A model generated the notes under the pieces. The model searched no databases. It had not been told where the DNA came from and saw nothing but the letters and a program-made list of their open reading frames with translations. DNA of 64,000 nt from Hemiscyllium ocellatum (lineage: Eukaryota): positions 159,020,018 to 159,084,017 of the forward strand of contig NC_083401.1 in NCBI RefSeq assembly GCF_020745735.1, written 5' to 3'. The position numbers and the translations under genes were made by a program. Shown piece by piece: positions 40,955 through 54,864 of this stretch (position 1 is its first letter; each line of letters begins with the position of its first letter).

Positions 40955-41270
40955 CATCAGACAACAAAGACCCCTCTCACCCCGGTTATACTCTCCTCCA
41001 ACATCTTCCGTCAGGCAGAAGACACAGAAGCTTAAATACACGTACCAACAGGTTCAAAAAGACTGCCGAACAGATCTCTCTAGTTTCAAATCTAATGCTG
41101 ATCTTGCTTTCGTGTACCTCCTGTACAGCTATAACCTTGTATGCTTCGCTCTGTCTAAGTGCCCTACAATCTTTATGTCTTTTATGTAATGATCTGCCTG
41201 TGCTACACACAAAACAAAAAAACTTTTCACTGTACTTAGGTACGTGACAATAATAAATAAAAAAAATCAA
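40955..41270 (+). mobile_element. Rex1/Babar-like LINE 3' end
   Basis: Encodes KDPSHPGYTLLQHLPSGRRHRSLNTRTNRFK, followed by an aataa-rich tail. Confidence 0.7.
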
Positions 41271-42369
41271 TATTTACATCACCCCCAGACCGTGTACATT
41301 TCCCAGTCTCTGACCGGATGCCCCTGTTGACTCAAAAAGTTCCAGACCACACCAAAGTTTCATTAACCTCGTTATTTTAGCTTAGCTGTCAAGAGTTCCA
41401 GAGCCAACACCAGAGTAGCAGTCAAGCTCTCACTTGACGGAGTCTCATCAGACCTCTGTGTATAGTATAAAAACAGAACAGTTTTTAGCCCTCATATCTC
41501 TCAACCCATACTTTTCACGAGTCATAAACAGATAAGCAGCACAGTTAACAATGCTCCATTGAACAGAGGAAGCAGCCCAAGTCATAGCTGCAGCTTTCAG
41601 CTTGTGCAGACAGACACACATTTTAAAATTTATGGTACATCATTCCATAAACTTTCAACGATTGCTTCCCCAATACTCTATCACCCTCAGGATCCAACAC
41701 CCTCCTCCACCATGGGACCCAACAGCCCCAACTCAGACACATGACCACAGTCCCAGAGATCGGACATGCTTGCCCTGTAACCAGACACACGCCTGTCTGC
41801 CAGACCCAAAACCACCTGCTGCTACTGAACCAGATTTCCATAATGCTGGCCACCAGATCAAACCCCCACACAGTACTACTGGACATGAATCAATACCCCA
41901 CCTAAAGACAGGAGGTGTCAAAGTGGCTTTGGGAACCTTTAAGTTTTAAAATACAGCAGCTGACTCCTGCAAAAAGGGGCTGTGGGTTGCCTTCCTCTGA
42001 CTGTTCTACACTAATGAAAGATTTATTAGAATGGAATGATGGGTCCACATTTTTTGTGGGTAACTCAAGTGGAATATGATCTTAAATGCATCGCTCTCCT
42101 CTTCTGCAAAAAAAAAGGAGTGTCAAACTATAGCGACTGCCACTTCATGGAAAATCTGGCCCAAATTTGTCTTCTTGTGCTGGCCTCAAATACTGGAAAT
42201 ATGCAAACAATGTGACAGTTGCTAACTCTAGACTGTGCGATCCTTGAAACTCAGAGTTAATGAATGCAGTAGGATTAACAGCATAAAATTAAATGCTCAT
42301 AAGTGTACTGCCGTGCAAAAAAACTGACAAATGAGTGCATGCCCTTGATATGAAGTTAGGCAAATACAC

Positions 42370-43080
42370 CGAAGCAGTCCATATCCAAATGCAGTAAGAT
42401 CTGGACAATTCCAGGTTTGGGTTGATAAGTGGTGTTTAACATTTATGCCATTCAAGTACCAGGCAATGACCATCTCCACAAGACAGAATGCAACTTTCTC
42501 TTGACATTTAATGGCATTATCACTGAATCCTCCACTGTCTTCCTGGGGCTTTGCCATTGACCAGAAATGGAATTTGACCAGCTATATGAATGCAGTAGCT
42601 ACAAGAACAGATCAAAGGTTAGGAGCCTAACAGCAAATATCTCACCTCATGACCACCAGCTACAAGTCACAAGTGTCATTGAATATTCCCACTCGCCTGG
42701 ATGACTACAGCTCCAACAATACTCAAGACACTTGTCACCACTTCCACAAACATTTACTCCTCCATTACTGATGCTCAGTAGCAGCAATATGTATCACTTG
42801 TAAGATGTACTGCAGAAAATTGCCAAGGGTCCTTAGATAGTACATTCCAAAACCACTGCCATTACCATCTAGGTGGTGATACATGGCACACCATGGCTTG
42901 CAACTTGCCCTTCATGATCACTGGGTCAAGTTCCTGCAACTCTCTTCCTAATAGCATTGTGAGTCTAGCTACGCTAAATGGATTGTAGTTGCTCAAGACT
43001 ACAGCCTTCTCAAGGACAACTTGGGATGGACATTAAATGCTGACTGAGCCAGCACATGCCATTATTGAATAAAAAATAAT
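42370..43080 (+). mobile_element. Non-LTR retrotransposon 3' fragment (same family as 22430-23450)
   Basis: Shared sequence gataagtgg...aagtaccaggcaatgaccatctcc...attgaccagaaa, and the same tail. Confidence 0.7.
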
Positions 43081-43981
43081 CACCTTGATACAGATAAAAA
43101 GTCTACAGTATACAGTTTCAGGCCAACTTGCAGCAGGAGGACCAAGTACACAAAAATAGGTTGCAAAACCAATAAATAGATGCTCATTCTCAGGTCCTTC
43201 ATCTTTCTTTTTCCCAGGCTGTTGCTGATCTACACTGACTTCACCCATCCTTTTGTTGACCATATCCTGATCTCTCAAATGCAAACTATCAAACTGAAAG
43301 AATACAGATGCAAGTGCTATGATTGATTTTAAGTGTCAGTATCACTTGTACTTCAATGCTCTTTATATACAAGGTTTTGAGTTTTGTGACATGAAAAAGT
43401 TAAAACTTGTATGAAGTTTAGAAAGTCTCCATCCAACCTACCCAATTTCAGAACTGATTACCTCCATCCTGAGTAAACAAGGCAATTCAGAAGAACAATT
43501 AAATTCAACTCCATGCAGGACGCAAAGGCACCAATGCAGCCCTATTTGTTAAATGAGTCCTCAATTGAATAATTAAATGATAAAACATATATGTACATCT
43601 ACCTACAATATAGGAAAGATGCAGTGGTTTGAAATAATCAATATAATTTTAATTAGACTTCAATCAATATCCCATCCACCAGTTCAATTAACTGTTGAAC
43701 TTGTCTATTCATTGCTATTACATGATTATCACATTTTACATTTTTAAACCAGATTTTATAATCAACTCGTGAATGTTTTTATGAAAATCACAATGTATGT
43801 ATTTGCTGAATGAAGTACCACTTTTACGGTTTGGTGCACTATAAATACAAAACATTTAATGATAGAAACGTGATATTGCAAGGGGCCAATTAAATAGAAT
43901 GATTAATTCAGTTTCTACCGAAGAAATGACATGCATTTAGTACATGTTAAGATTTTCTAAAACAGTATGTATTAAACTTAC

Positions 43982-44152
43982 CTACAGTCTCTACAAGAAC
44001 TAGATCATATCCTGCCCCTTCACATAAAATAATAGTTTCATTTGTGGTTCTGGTTACTCCTCCCAACATTCCCGAAGTTGGTGATGGACGGATATAAGCA
44101 TTCATATCCCTTGAAAGTTCAGCCATCCGTGTTTTGTCACCTAAGAGTGATC
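43982..44152 (-). CDS. MMAA: MMAA coding exon 3
   Basis: Acceptor actttcAG|GA. Encodes [56 protein letters not shown](G). Donor G|GTAAG; 171 nt. Confidence 0.97.
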
Positions 44153-44749
44153 CTGAAAGTTGAAATGGCAAAATTAATATCAAATTATTCCGAGAAATAT
44201 AATAATACCAATATGTTTGACACCATTCGAGAGTGTGTTGTAATTTTGAAATGTTCCAAATTTGAACATCATCATTTATTCCAGTAGAAAAATATTCCAC
44301 ACTTCAGTGTGACTTCATGACTAACAAATTTTAAAAACACCAACAGTGGATTAAAAAATTAGTAAAAGACCAGCAAGCTATCAAAGAAAAAAAACAAATT
44401 AACTAAAGGATCTTCTAACACAGGAGGATGATATTTGGCCTGTCAAGTCTCTCTACCAGTTCTTTGAAAACTGCAAATCAGCCCCATACTCAGTCCATCT
44501 CAGAATTCTTACAGTGCAGAAGAGACCATTCACCCATCAAGTCTGCACCAACTCTTCAAACAGCATCCCAACCCTGGATCTAAATCACTCTCACCTTCCA
44601 GTGTAAGGACCAAGAAAATCTCCTGGTGTTGATTGTAATTCGTCATTTATCAATGAGCTGCTGTCATTGCAAATTTCTTTATTGAAAGGAAAAAAGGGAA
44701 AAGCACTTTCAGAGACACTGAAATGGGCGAATTCTGACTGAAAGAAAAA

Positions 44750-44850
44750 CAGTAACAAAAACATAAATTGCTGGAAAAGCTCGGCAGGTCTGGCACTATA
44801 TGTGGAGAGAAATCAGGTAACGTTTTGGGTTCAATGACCCTTTCTCAGAA
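44750..44850 (-). mobile_element. Second-family PLE-derived repeat with decayed hammerhead
   Basis: Minus strand ctgagaaaGGGTC(att)GAACCCaaaacg; related to 54865-54975. Confidence 0.55.
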
Positions 44851-45239
44851 GGGAAAACAGTATCAACATGCAAACTATATTCCCTGATCAGCAAAGAACT
44901 GAAAGAGTGCAGAATGAATGGAAAGAAAATTCAATGACATCTGAGATCCCACGTGGCGCCAGACTTTTCCCTTCCTTACCAATTATACTTTGGCCGTGCC
45001 TTGTCTCTTTGTATATTGTTTGCATGTGTATAGCAATTTATAAAAAAGGGGGGAGGTAGGGTTTAAGCTCCCAGAGTTCAATGTGTAAGCCTAACAGATC
45101 AATCTGCAATCAGAACGCATACTGGAAATTGTTGTTTTATCTTTAAAAATTTCAGTTAGTTTCTTTCTTCATGTGCATGAAGATTAGAGTGGAACTTCTG
45201 AGATTGCTTGTGTCAGACCTCCATTTACACTAAATTTTT

Positions 45240-46540
45240 TTAAAATTCATTCATGGGAAATGAGTAACTGCTATCTGGACTAACAATTACTGCCCAAAGC
45301 AGGTGTTGGCGACTTACCTTTTTGAACTGAGGAACTTCAGACCTACAATGCCATCATAAAGAAAGTTCCAAGATTTTGACCAACAACACTGAAGTAACGG
45401 TATGTATTTACAAGTCAGGAAGGTGAGTGGCTAGGAGAGGAACTTGCAGGCAGCACTCCCATGCATCTGCTACCCTCATGCTCAGATATGTTAGTAGCTA
45501 TGGCATTGGAAGTTGCTACCTAAAAGTCCTTGATGCTCCAGTGCATTAGCAGATTTTACTTGTAGATATGACAAAGCATGGGTGATGGAAGGAGTAGATG
45601 TGGTACTAGTCAAGTGGGCTGCTTTGTTCTGGATGGCATCAAGCCTGTAGAGTGTTGTTGAAGCTGTACTCATCCAATTCATCTGGGCAAGTGGGGAGTA
45701 TTCCATCACACTGTTGAAATGTGCCTTATATAGATAAGTTTGGAGACTCAGGTGAGTTACTTACTGCAGGATTCCTAGCGTCTTATTTATTTATTTGGCC
45801 AGACTAGCTCAGTTTCTGGTCAATGTCGATCCCAGGATATGGACAGTGATTGCTTAGCGATGGTCATGCCACTGAACATTAAAAGGCTATCGTTATATTC
45901 TCTTGATGGAAATGGTCATTGCCTGGCATGCATGAGTCAAGTCCCAGTATGAAACGTGTTCATGTCTCACTGCATTTGGACATGGACTGCTTCAGGATCT
46001 GAGGAATTGCAAATGGTGCAGAACATTGCAGTGAACATCCTCCCCTGCTGGCCTTGTAATGGAGGGTAAGTCATTGATAAAGTAATAGAGGATAATTGGG
46101 CAGAGAACACCACCTTGAGGAATTCCTGTATGGACGTCATGGCGCAGAGATGACTGACCTCAACCATTTTCTTTTGTGCCAAGTATGACTCCAACTAGGG
46201 AGTTTTCTCCCAGATTCCCATTGACTCCAGTGTTGCTATGGCTCCTTGATGTCACACTCTGTCAAAAGTGCCATAATGTCACGGACAGTAACTCTCATCT
46301 CATCTTTGAAATGTAGCACATTTTCCCCATGTTTAAAATAAGGCTGTAATGAACTCAAGAGCTGAGCAGCCCTGCCAGAACCAAAACTGAGCATTAGTGA
46401 GCAGGGCAAGTGCTGTTTGGAGGCACTGTTAACAACATCATCTATTACCTTACTTAAGATTAAGAGTAGACTGTGAGGCGATAATTAGCCAAACTGAATT
46501 TGAACTGCTTTTTGTGTACAAGACACAACTGGGTACATAT
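45240..46540 (-). mobile_element. Non-LTR retrotransposon RT/3' fragment (same family as 22430-23450)
   Basis: ORF fragments ESYLAQKKMV and MMEYSPLA...LDAIQNKAA. Confidence 0.7.
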
Positions 46541-47055
46541 GTAGAAATTTGGAGGTAAGAGTCAACCTCATTGCTGTGGGTCTGGAGCCACATGCAGACT
46601 AGAACAGGTAAAGACGGCAGATTTTGTAAAAGGACATTAGTGAACAGAATAGGATCTTACAAACAACATCTACTTTCAGATTTTTATTGAATTCAAGTTT
46701 CACCATCTATAATGGTGGGAGTTAAACCGAGGCCCCCAGAACAATACCTGGTCTCTGGATTACTAGCCCAGTGAAAATACCTCTCCCTTCTTGATTATAT
46801 GTGATATGTGAGAAGCAGTACTAATGTATGAGTCTGGCTCTCCCCTTAATTGAAAACATTATTGAGGCAGTAAACATGAACTATGAATTTTCATTTCTTC
46901 CCTCCACCTTTCAATTAGCTTCCCACGACCTGGGTAGTATCAGAAATTCCATTATTCAGACAGCATCTTCAACAAGAGCATTGCCTTATTAAGTCTACAC
47001 TTCAACTTAATGGATTCCATTCACAAAAGATTAATAAATGCAACTTCACACTTAC

Positions 47056-47178
47056 CCCCAGAGGTTCTTGAAGATGGATCAACAGCTAGAACAGCAACTT
47101 TATGACCCTTCCCTGTCAGCATCTTCCCAAACGTTTCAATAAACGTTGACTTTCCAGCACCAGGTGGACCAGACAGGC
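47056..47178 (-). CDS. MMAA: MMAA coding exon 2 (P-loop)
   Basis: Acceptor cccttcAG|GC. Encodes (G)[40 protein letters not shown](G). Donor G|GTAAG; 123 nt. Not in the ORF track; read manually. Confidence 0.97.
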
Positions 47179-47222
47179 CTGAAGGGTAATAATTATAGTA
47201 AATTAGAAGTGGATTTCATTCA

Positions 47223-48115
47223 CAGGTAGTTCTCAGATAACGTACGTTTTGATAGTGCAATTTGCTTTAACATTGCTGAGGAATTAAGGAATGGTATTTT
47301 TGAGAATGTTTACCTCTATTCGTGATAGCACAATTCCAGCAGTGAGCATCCTGCAAGCTTCATTCTGCGCATGCGCTGATGTTGGCACTAACGTCTCCAT
47401 GCCATTCTGCGCATGTACAGACGTCAGCGCTGGTTTTGGTGCTGTCCTACACATGTGCCAATGCTCATGCCAAACTCTCCACGTATGTGCCGATTTCAGC
47501 CAGATTTCAAAGGTCTTGATGCCATTCTGCACATGCGCTGATGTTAGCCACCAACAAGGCAGTTTTCTGTGAGAAGTACTTTACAGAGAGCAGCTTTCTG
47601 AGAGAGATACACTGATCAGCTTCCAATGAAAGGTATACTACTGTGAGATTATCCCTTTTCTTGAAAAAAAAATGGAAGGGCATAATGACAATAATGTTAG
47701 CAAGAAGCATCCTGGTGATAAAATTGCAGGTTGTGAATGCAAAATAAAAGCTATAATACTGGAAGAGAAGCTAGATGTTGAAAAGCATTTTGAGCATAAA
47801 GAGAGAATGAGAGATTTAGGTCGCTTAACATGAGTGAGGGAGTCTACCTTACACACCATGATGACCCTCTGTCTCTGCATTAACAATATTTTTTAAATGT
47901 ACTATCTTAAATTTACTTTGTTTCATTGATAAATATGATTTTTACTTTCATTCAGGCTGTCCTCCACTTTGTGTCAGACTTGAGTGATTTTTGAGCGATC
48001 GTGACTGATTCTTATTGTCGGTCTGCCCCAACCCCACTTTTCCCATAGGCTCTATTATTTTGTTTAAGCAAAGTTTTTCTGGAATGCAACTACAGTGTTA
48101 CAGAAGAACAACTTG
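47223..48115. mobile_element. Tigger/pogo-like non-autonomous DNA transposon
   Basis: Imperfect terminal inverted repeats: CAGGTAGTTCTCAGATAAC versus the reverse complement CAAGTTGTTCTTCTGTAAC (13/19 match). The right end is followed by TA. Confidence 0.5.
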
Positions 48116-48909
48116 TACGTCACAATAATTTGTACAAGGCAAATTATTGCCTTGAAAAAGCACTAAATACCTGATATATGTGTCAGAGATATACTGGAAA
48201 CTAAATTGCACAATCCTTTCAAATAAACTAAGATCCTTACAACTTTTAATTCATTATCCAGAAAAAAAATCGTTAGGAGAATTAGGAAAAAAAAATGTTG
48301 TTTCTCTTTAGGCTGGGCTAAGTGCTTTAATTGTGATAAGTATGCACTTTGTATAAATCTTTTTACATGAATTAGATTGCACACAAGTCTGGATTATCTT
48401 TTATTATCAATTGACTTCAAGATATAAAGTTTAAAAAATAGAAACACAATGGCAGGCAATTCAAATCTTGCCAATTTCCAAGAAAATCTGACTACAGAAA
48501 CAACAATAGATAAGACCCTCATGTTGGAGAAATTGGATTTTAATACTGGAAAATTTCCTGTGGACTGTTAGCACATGGAATATATTCACTAATTGTTAGT
48601 GACGTATAAGAACCCAAATATAAGAACACCACAACACATGAGGACAGGTTGAATAGACATTAGTCTAGCAAATGGACCATAAGATGGGAAAATGAGAAAT
48701 TGTGTCATGACTAATAAAAATCTCAATGGAAAACAACAGCAGAATTTCAAGATATAGAAGGATCTAGATGTTCTAGAATATTATTCACAAAAGTTAGTAT
48801 GCAAATACAAACAATTAAAAAGCTCTTGATTGCACTACATAATACCTTGTATTAAAAGAGGAATTTAATACGAAGTGGAGGATATTGTGCTTTAGTTTTA
48901 CCAGGGCAT

Positions 48910-49285
48910 TTTAGAACATAAAACACTACAGCGTAGTACAGGCCCTTCAGCCCTTGATGTTGCATCGATCTGTGAAACCAATCTGAAGCCCATCTAACCT
49001 ACACTATTCCATTTTTGTCCATATGTCAATTCAAAGACCACTTAAATGCCAGTAAAGTTGGCAAGTCTACTATTGTTGCAGGCATTGTGTTCCAAGCCCA
49101 TACTACCCCGAATAAAGAAACTACCTTTGACATCTGTCCTATATCTATCATCCCTCAATTTAAAGTTATGTCCCCTTCTGTTAGCTATCACCATCTGAGG
49201 AAAGAGGCTCTCACTGTCCAGCCTATCTAACCCTCTGATCATCTTATGTTGCAATTAAGTCATCTCTCAACCTTCTTCTCTCTAA
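48910..49285 (-). mobile_element. CR1 LINE 3' fragment
   Basis: ORF 49042-49254 encodes KMIRGLDRLDSESLFP...RGHNFKL. Confidence 0.8.
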
Positions 49286-49828
49286 CCTAAGAGTTCCTAG
49301 GAGAAAAAAGACACACCCAGATACAATCATGAATAGATAAATCAGAAACTAAAACTAAATACTTAAAGGATTTGACAGGATGGATACACAAAGCATATTT
49401 CCCCTAGCTGGGACGTCTAGAATCAGGGGTCAGTCTCTCAGAATAAGACAACTGAAACGAGGAGGAATTCCTTTGCTCAGAGAAGGGGGAATTCTTCATC
49501 CAGAGGACAGTAGAAACTCAATCATTATTATTTGCTCTCAAGATAGACATTTCTAGATTTCTAGGTACTAACAACATCAAGAGATACAGTGATTGTGTGG
49601 GATATGATGCTGTGTTCATGATCATCTGTTATCAAGAATCGTGGAGCAGCCTCAAGGGACTCAATTATCGACTGCTCCTATGTTCCCATGTTTTGGAGCA
49701 GACAATCTGGACAGGTGCATCTCCAAAAGGCCTAGACCAGCATCTTGATGGAGGGACTTTCTAGTGGATTGGATAGAATTTAAACTAGATAGTCAGGTGG
49801 ATGAATGGAAACCTGAATGTGTATAAAG

Positions 49829-51376
49829 TTTAAAAATGTGTTGCTGGAAAAGCGCAGCAGGTCAGGCAGCATCAAAGGAACAGGAGAATCGACGTTTCGG
49901 ACATAAGCCCTTCTTTAGGATTGAGGAGCGTGTGCCAAGCAGGCGAAGATAAAAGGTAGGGAGGAGGGACTTGGGGGAGGGACGTTGGGAATACAATAGG
50001 TGGAAGGAGGTTAAGGTGAGGGTGATAGGCCGGAGAGGGGGTGGGGGCGGAGAGGTCGGGAAGAAGATTGCAGGTCAAGAAGGCGGTGCTGAGTCTGAGG
50101 GTTGGGACTGAGAAAAGGCGAGGGGAGAGGAAATGAGAAAGCTGGAGAAATCTGCATTCATCCCTTGTGGTTGGAGGATTCCGAGGCAGAAGATGAGGCT
50201 GTCTTCCTCGAGAGGTCATGTTGCCATGGTCTGGCGATGGAGGAGGCCAAGAACCTGGATGTCCTTGGCGGAGTGGGAGGGGGAATTAAAGTGTTTAGCC
50301 ACAGGAAATTGTGGTCTTTGAATAACCCAGATAGCCTCCTTCTTCAAAGACCGCAATTTCCCCTCAGATGTGGTTGTCGACGCTCTCCACTGCATCTCCT
50401 CCACTTCCCGCTCCTCCACCCTTGAACCCCGCCCCTCCAATCGCCACCAGGACAGAACCCCACTGGTCCTCACCTACCACCCCACCAACCTACAGATACA
50501 TCGTATCATCCTTCGTCATTTCCGCCACCTACAAACAGACCCCACCACCAGGGATATATTTCCCTCCCCACCCCTATCAGCGTTCCGGAAAGACCACTCC
50601 CTCCGCGACTCCCTCGTCAGATCCACACCCCCAACCAACCCAACCTCCACTCCCGGCACCTTCCCCCGCAACCGCAAGAAATGCAAAACTTGCGCCCACA
50701 CCTCCCCCCTCACTTCCCTCCAAGGCCCCAAGGGATCCTTCCATATCCGTCACAAATTCACCTGCACCTCCACACGTCATTGGCCTCCAGGTGCAGTAAA
50801 TGGCTGCCTACTTGTGGAACATTCAGAGAACACCTCTGGGACATCCACACCAACCAACCCAACCGCCCCGTGCCTGAACACTTTAACTCCCCCTCCCACT
50901 CCACCAAGGACATGCAGGTCCTTGGCCTCCTCCATCGCCAGACCATAGCAACACGATGCCTGGAGGAAGAGCGCCTCATCTTCTGCATAGGAACCCTCCA
51001 ACCACAAGGGATGAATGCTGATTTCTCCAGCTTTCTCATTTCCCCTCCCATTACCTTTTCTCATTCCCAACCCTCAGACTCAGCACCGCCTTCTTGACCT
51101 GCAATCTTCTTCCCAACCTCTCCGCCCCCACCCCCTCTCCGGCCTATCACCCTCACCTTAACTACCTTCCACCTATTGTATTCCCAATGCCCCTCCCCCA
51201 AGTCCCTCCTCCCTACCTTTTATCTTAGCCTGCTTGGCACACCCTCCTCATTCCTGAAGAAGGGTTTATGCCCGAAATGTCAATTCTCCTGTTCCTTTGA
51301 TGCTGCCTGACCTGCTGCGTTTTCCAGCAACACATTTTTAAGCTCGGATCTCCAGCATCTGCAGTCCTCACTTTCT
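49829..51376 (+). mobile_element. 5'-truncated Penelope-like element (Neptune-like) with inverted 5' duplication
   Basis: The + segment from about 50320 encodes RTPLVLTYHP...IFPSPPLSAFRKDHSLRDSLV...KCKTC...FTCTS and the GIY-YIG C-terminus (PVPEHFNS...EERLIF..GTLQPQGMN). 49829-50310 is an inverted copy of the 3' end. 17-bp direct repeat CCTGAATGTGTATAAAG at 49812-49828 and 51377-51393. Confidence 0.92.
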
Positions 51377-51479
51377 CCTGAATGTGTATAAAGAAAGAGA
51401 ACCAAAGCTGGAACAGAAAACACAAAATGAACAACTGAACATGGAAGATCGATGTTTGAAATGGACAAGAGAGCTTTTT

Positions 51480-53700
51480 AGTGATTAGTAATATATTTCA
51501 ATTCAAGGATTCTTAAAAGTCAGAATGCCCTTTAATGCGGCCATGGATGGATACTAAAATATATCAAAGCTATTGTTGAAATGTGGCTCAATAAAGAACA
51601 GGAATAGTAATACAAAAATCTTTGTTGCAGAATGTGCAAAAGTGGTAAAATGTAAGATAAAAAACTGGTAAAATTCATCAAAATAATCATGGATATGAGA
51701 AGAGATGATAAGCTAGAAGGAGCATGAAATGAGTCTGACTTGAACTGAAGAACAAAACAAAAAAGAGCCATCACTCTGCTGAGAATACAGAATAGATCTC
51801 TAATAGATTGAGGTACCACAGAAAACATTTAAGCAAATTTCAGAGAAGTGTAGAAAAGAATGGTCATAATAGCAGATGATCTCTATCACACAGATTTGAA
51901 TTGGGAGAAAATCTGCAGCAAAGTGGAATGTCTCATCCCAGCACTTGATAGTCAGGGGAAGTGCTTTTACACAGCCAAACAAATGGAGATATTTCTGGTT
52001 AGCCATGTGAAAGAAAGAAAGTTAATTACCAATGCTCACAGTAACTCCAGACTATAACATATGCAGAAGTGCACGTGACATCAGCAATTCAGGCTTCAAA
52101 AGATCCATAACACCATTACCAATGCGAACTTGGAAGAATTCTGTGTAAAAAGGTATTAAGGTGCAGATCTCAAAATACATTGGAGTGAACATCTTCAGCC
52201 AGTATACATTAAGCTCATTACAAGAAAGGGTGGATCTGGATTTGTTTTTGGGGCAGATCGAAAAGAAAATCAATAGTAGAGTGCTTAGTAAAGGTGATCA
52301 TAATTCAGTTAGATTTAAATAAAGTTATGAACAAGATAGAAATAGGTCAATAGTAAAAAAAACTAAATCGGAGACAGGCCAATTTTATTAAGCCGAAATA
52401 TGAGGTGGTGAAATTGGACTGGGAACAGCTACTTGAAGATAAGTCCATTTCAGAATAATAGGGGATATTCAAACAGCACATAAAGGATCCCACAATGAAA
52501 AGGGGAAACAACCTTTCTGCATCTACCCTGCAGGTAAGACTCTCAACTTCAGATATGCCTGGATTTTAAAGAGTATTTAGAGTAGGGATAGGCAGGAAAG
52601 GAAATTTTGTATCAGTTCCAAAACTTAGAAAGCATAAAGTGTCAGACTCAAATTAAAAAGAAATTACAAAAATTAAGAGTGGGGGTAAAAAATATTTGGC
52701 AAATAAAGCATAAGGTTTTATTAATATAGAGATAAAACATAACCAATACAAGAGTACGGCTAATTGGAGACCAAAGGTTAACTTTTATGGAAGAGGTGGG
52801 CAGTGTTCGTAATAAATAGTTTGTTTCTATTACTACAGAAGACGAGTAAACAGACATTTTAGTTCAGGATAATGAAATGAAATTGAATAAACCTTGCAGG
52901 TGTATAAACCACCAGGACCAGGTGAAATGTATCTCAAGTTATTAAGGAAAACATGGAATTAAAAGAAGCTGATCATTATTTTAAAGTCCTTTCGAGATAT
53001 AGGCAAGGTGCCAGAGGACTGCTAACAAAATAAACTGTGAGAAGGGATTACCAAACAATTACAAATCACTCAGCCTAAACCCTGTGACAAAACATTGGAA
53101 AGAAAATTCTGAAACACAGTACAATACCCAAATAATTAAGGACAGTTAGCACGCATAATAGTTGATAAAGGATGGTCACACCTAGCTAACTGGATTGGAG
53201 CTAACAAAAACAGATGATGATGGCAGTGCATTTAATATGGTATGGCATACATGGACCTTAGCAAGATTTCATCAATGTCCTGCATGGCTAACCACTCAGA
53301 GAAGTACAAGTTCAAAGGATTCAAGGGCAAGTAATTGTTAATATTTAAATTGGCTCAGTGACAAGAGGTAGTGGAGAGTTATAGTCAACTAACGCTTTGC
53401 TTAACTGGAAGGTCATTTCCAGTGGAATGCCATACAGTTCAGAATTGGGTTCCTTTTATTTTGGTAGATGGATGTGCTTTGGACATAAATGTTGGGGGCA
53501 AGATGAACATATTTATTGATTAGATGGAAATTGCCCACAAGAATGATGGTGAGCAACAAAAAGCAATAGACCACAGGAAGTGAGCAATGTACCAATCAGA
53601 TGGTTAGAACGGTGGCAAATGTATTTCAATCCAGAAAAGTGAAATTAATGCATTTAAGAGAATATTCGGAGGAAGGGAATAGATTTAAATATGGGACTTC
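51480..53700 (+). mobile_element. Old CR1 ORF2 remnant
   Basis: Degenerate AIVEMWL, KPPGPGEMY, VPEDC and WQMYFNPEK remnants. Confidence 0.55.
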
Positions 53701-54391
53701 TGAAGAGTGCGAATTATGAACCAGTGAATAGAGCAGACTATAAGGAAAGTAAGTGATGATGGCAGTGAGGGAGTCAGCAGAAGTGACATTCAGCAGAGGC
53801 GACATTCAGCAGAGGCCTAAGTTCAGACTGGAGGGGGAAATGATGTTGCTGCATGTGGTTTGAGAGGGTAACAGGATGCTGAAGGAAATAAACAACCAAT
53901 CATAGGCCAGCTGGCTTACCAAGTTATTGGGAAAATGCCCAATATTAAGTTTTAATAGCAGGAAATTTCAAAATACATAATGTCAACAGTCAGCATGGCT
54001 TCACAAAGGGGAATTAATGCATGACAAATTTAGAAGAATGCTTTGAGATACTAACAAGCAAAATACAAAAAGTGGAAACAACTGAAGAGAATATATTGGA
54101 ATTTTCAAAAGCATTTTATAAGTGTTGGGATAAGGGGGGCATTTTCAGGATGAGTCGAAAAGGGTGGAGCTAGAAAAACACAGCAGGTCAGACAGCACCC
54201 GAGGAGGAGAGTCGATGTTTCGGGCATCAGGAATAGCAAAGTGCAAGTAACAGAGAACCACAGGGATTTGTGCTAAGGCCACGTTTACTTAAAACATGTG
54301 GCTTTGATAAGGAATGTGGAGTACACAAAAATAAATGGAAAAGCAAATGGTAAGGATGACTCGGTCTGCGGAGTTAAGCAAATGAGCAAAA

Positions 54392-54538
54392 CTGAAAAAT
54401 GTGTTGCTGGAAAAGCGCAGCAAGTCAGGCAGCATCCAAGGAGCAGGAGAATCGACGTTTCAGGGAAGAAGAGCTGCGCTTTTCCAGCAACACATTTTTC
54501 AGCTCTGATCTCCAGCATCTGAAGTCCTCACTTTCTTC
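54392..54538. mobile_element. Centrally deleted fold-back PLE-derived element
   Basis: Inverted arms. 13-bp direct repeat CAAATGAGCAAAA at 54379-54391 and 54539-54551. Confidence 0.88.
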
Positions 54539-54864
54539 CAAATGAGCAAAAGGTTGGCACATAAAACTCTACACTTACACAGGAAAAATTGAGGACCTGA
54601 ATATATTTAAATGGAGAAACACTGCAGAAAGCAACAGCACAGAGGGATTTGGGAGTCCTTGCGCATAAATTATAATAAACTAGCACACAAATAGAGCAAG
54701 CAATAAGGAAAGTAAATGGCATGATGGCCTTTAATTCAAAGGAAACTCAATTTAGTAGCAAGGAGGTCTTCCTAAAACTAGGCAGATCATAGTTGGAATA
54801 CAGTGAACCATTTTGGACCATTTATCTAAGTGAAGATACAGTGGCTTTGGAGGCAGTCCAGCAC

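Noticed and set aside
44153-44300. N-terminal extension of ORF 43947-44300
   Set aside because: Intronic sequence upstream of the acceptor; no similarity to MMAA.
49890-49920. Hammerhead motifs at 49890-49920, 51253-51280, 61120-61148 and 2404-2435
   Set aside because: Core nucleotides are mutated (CTAAAGA, GAAATGTC, TTGATGA, CAAAA), so they are treated as inactive relics and not listed as ribozymes.
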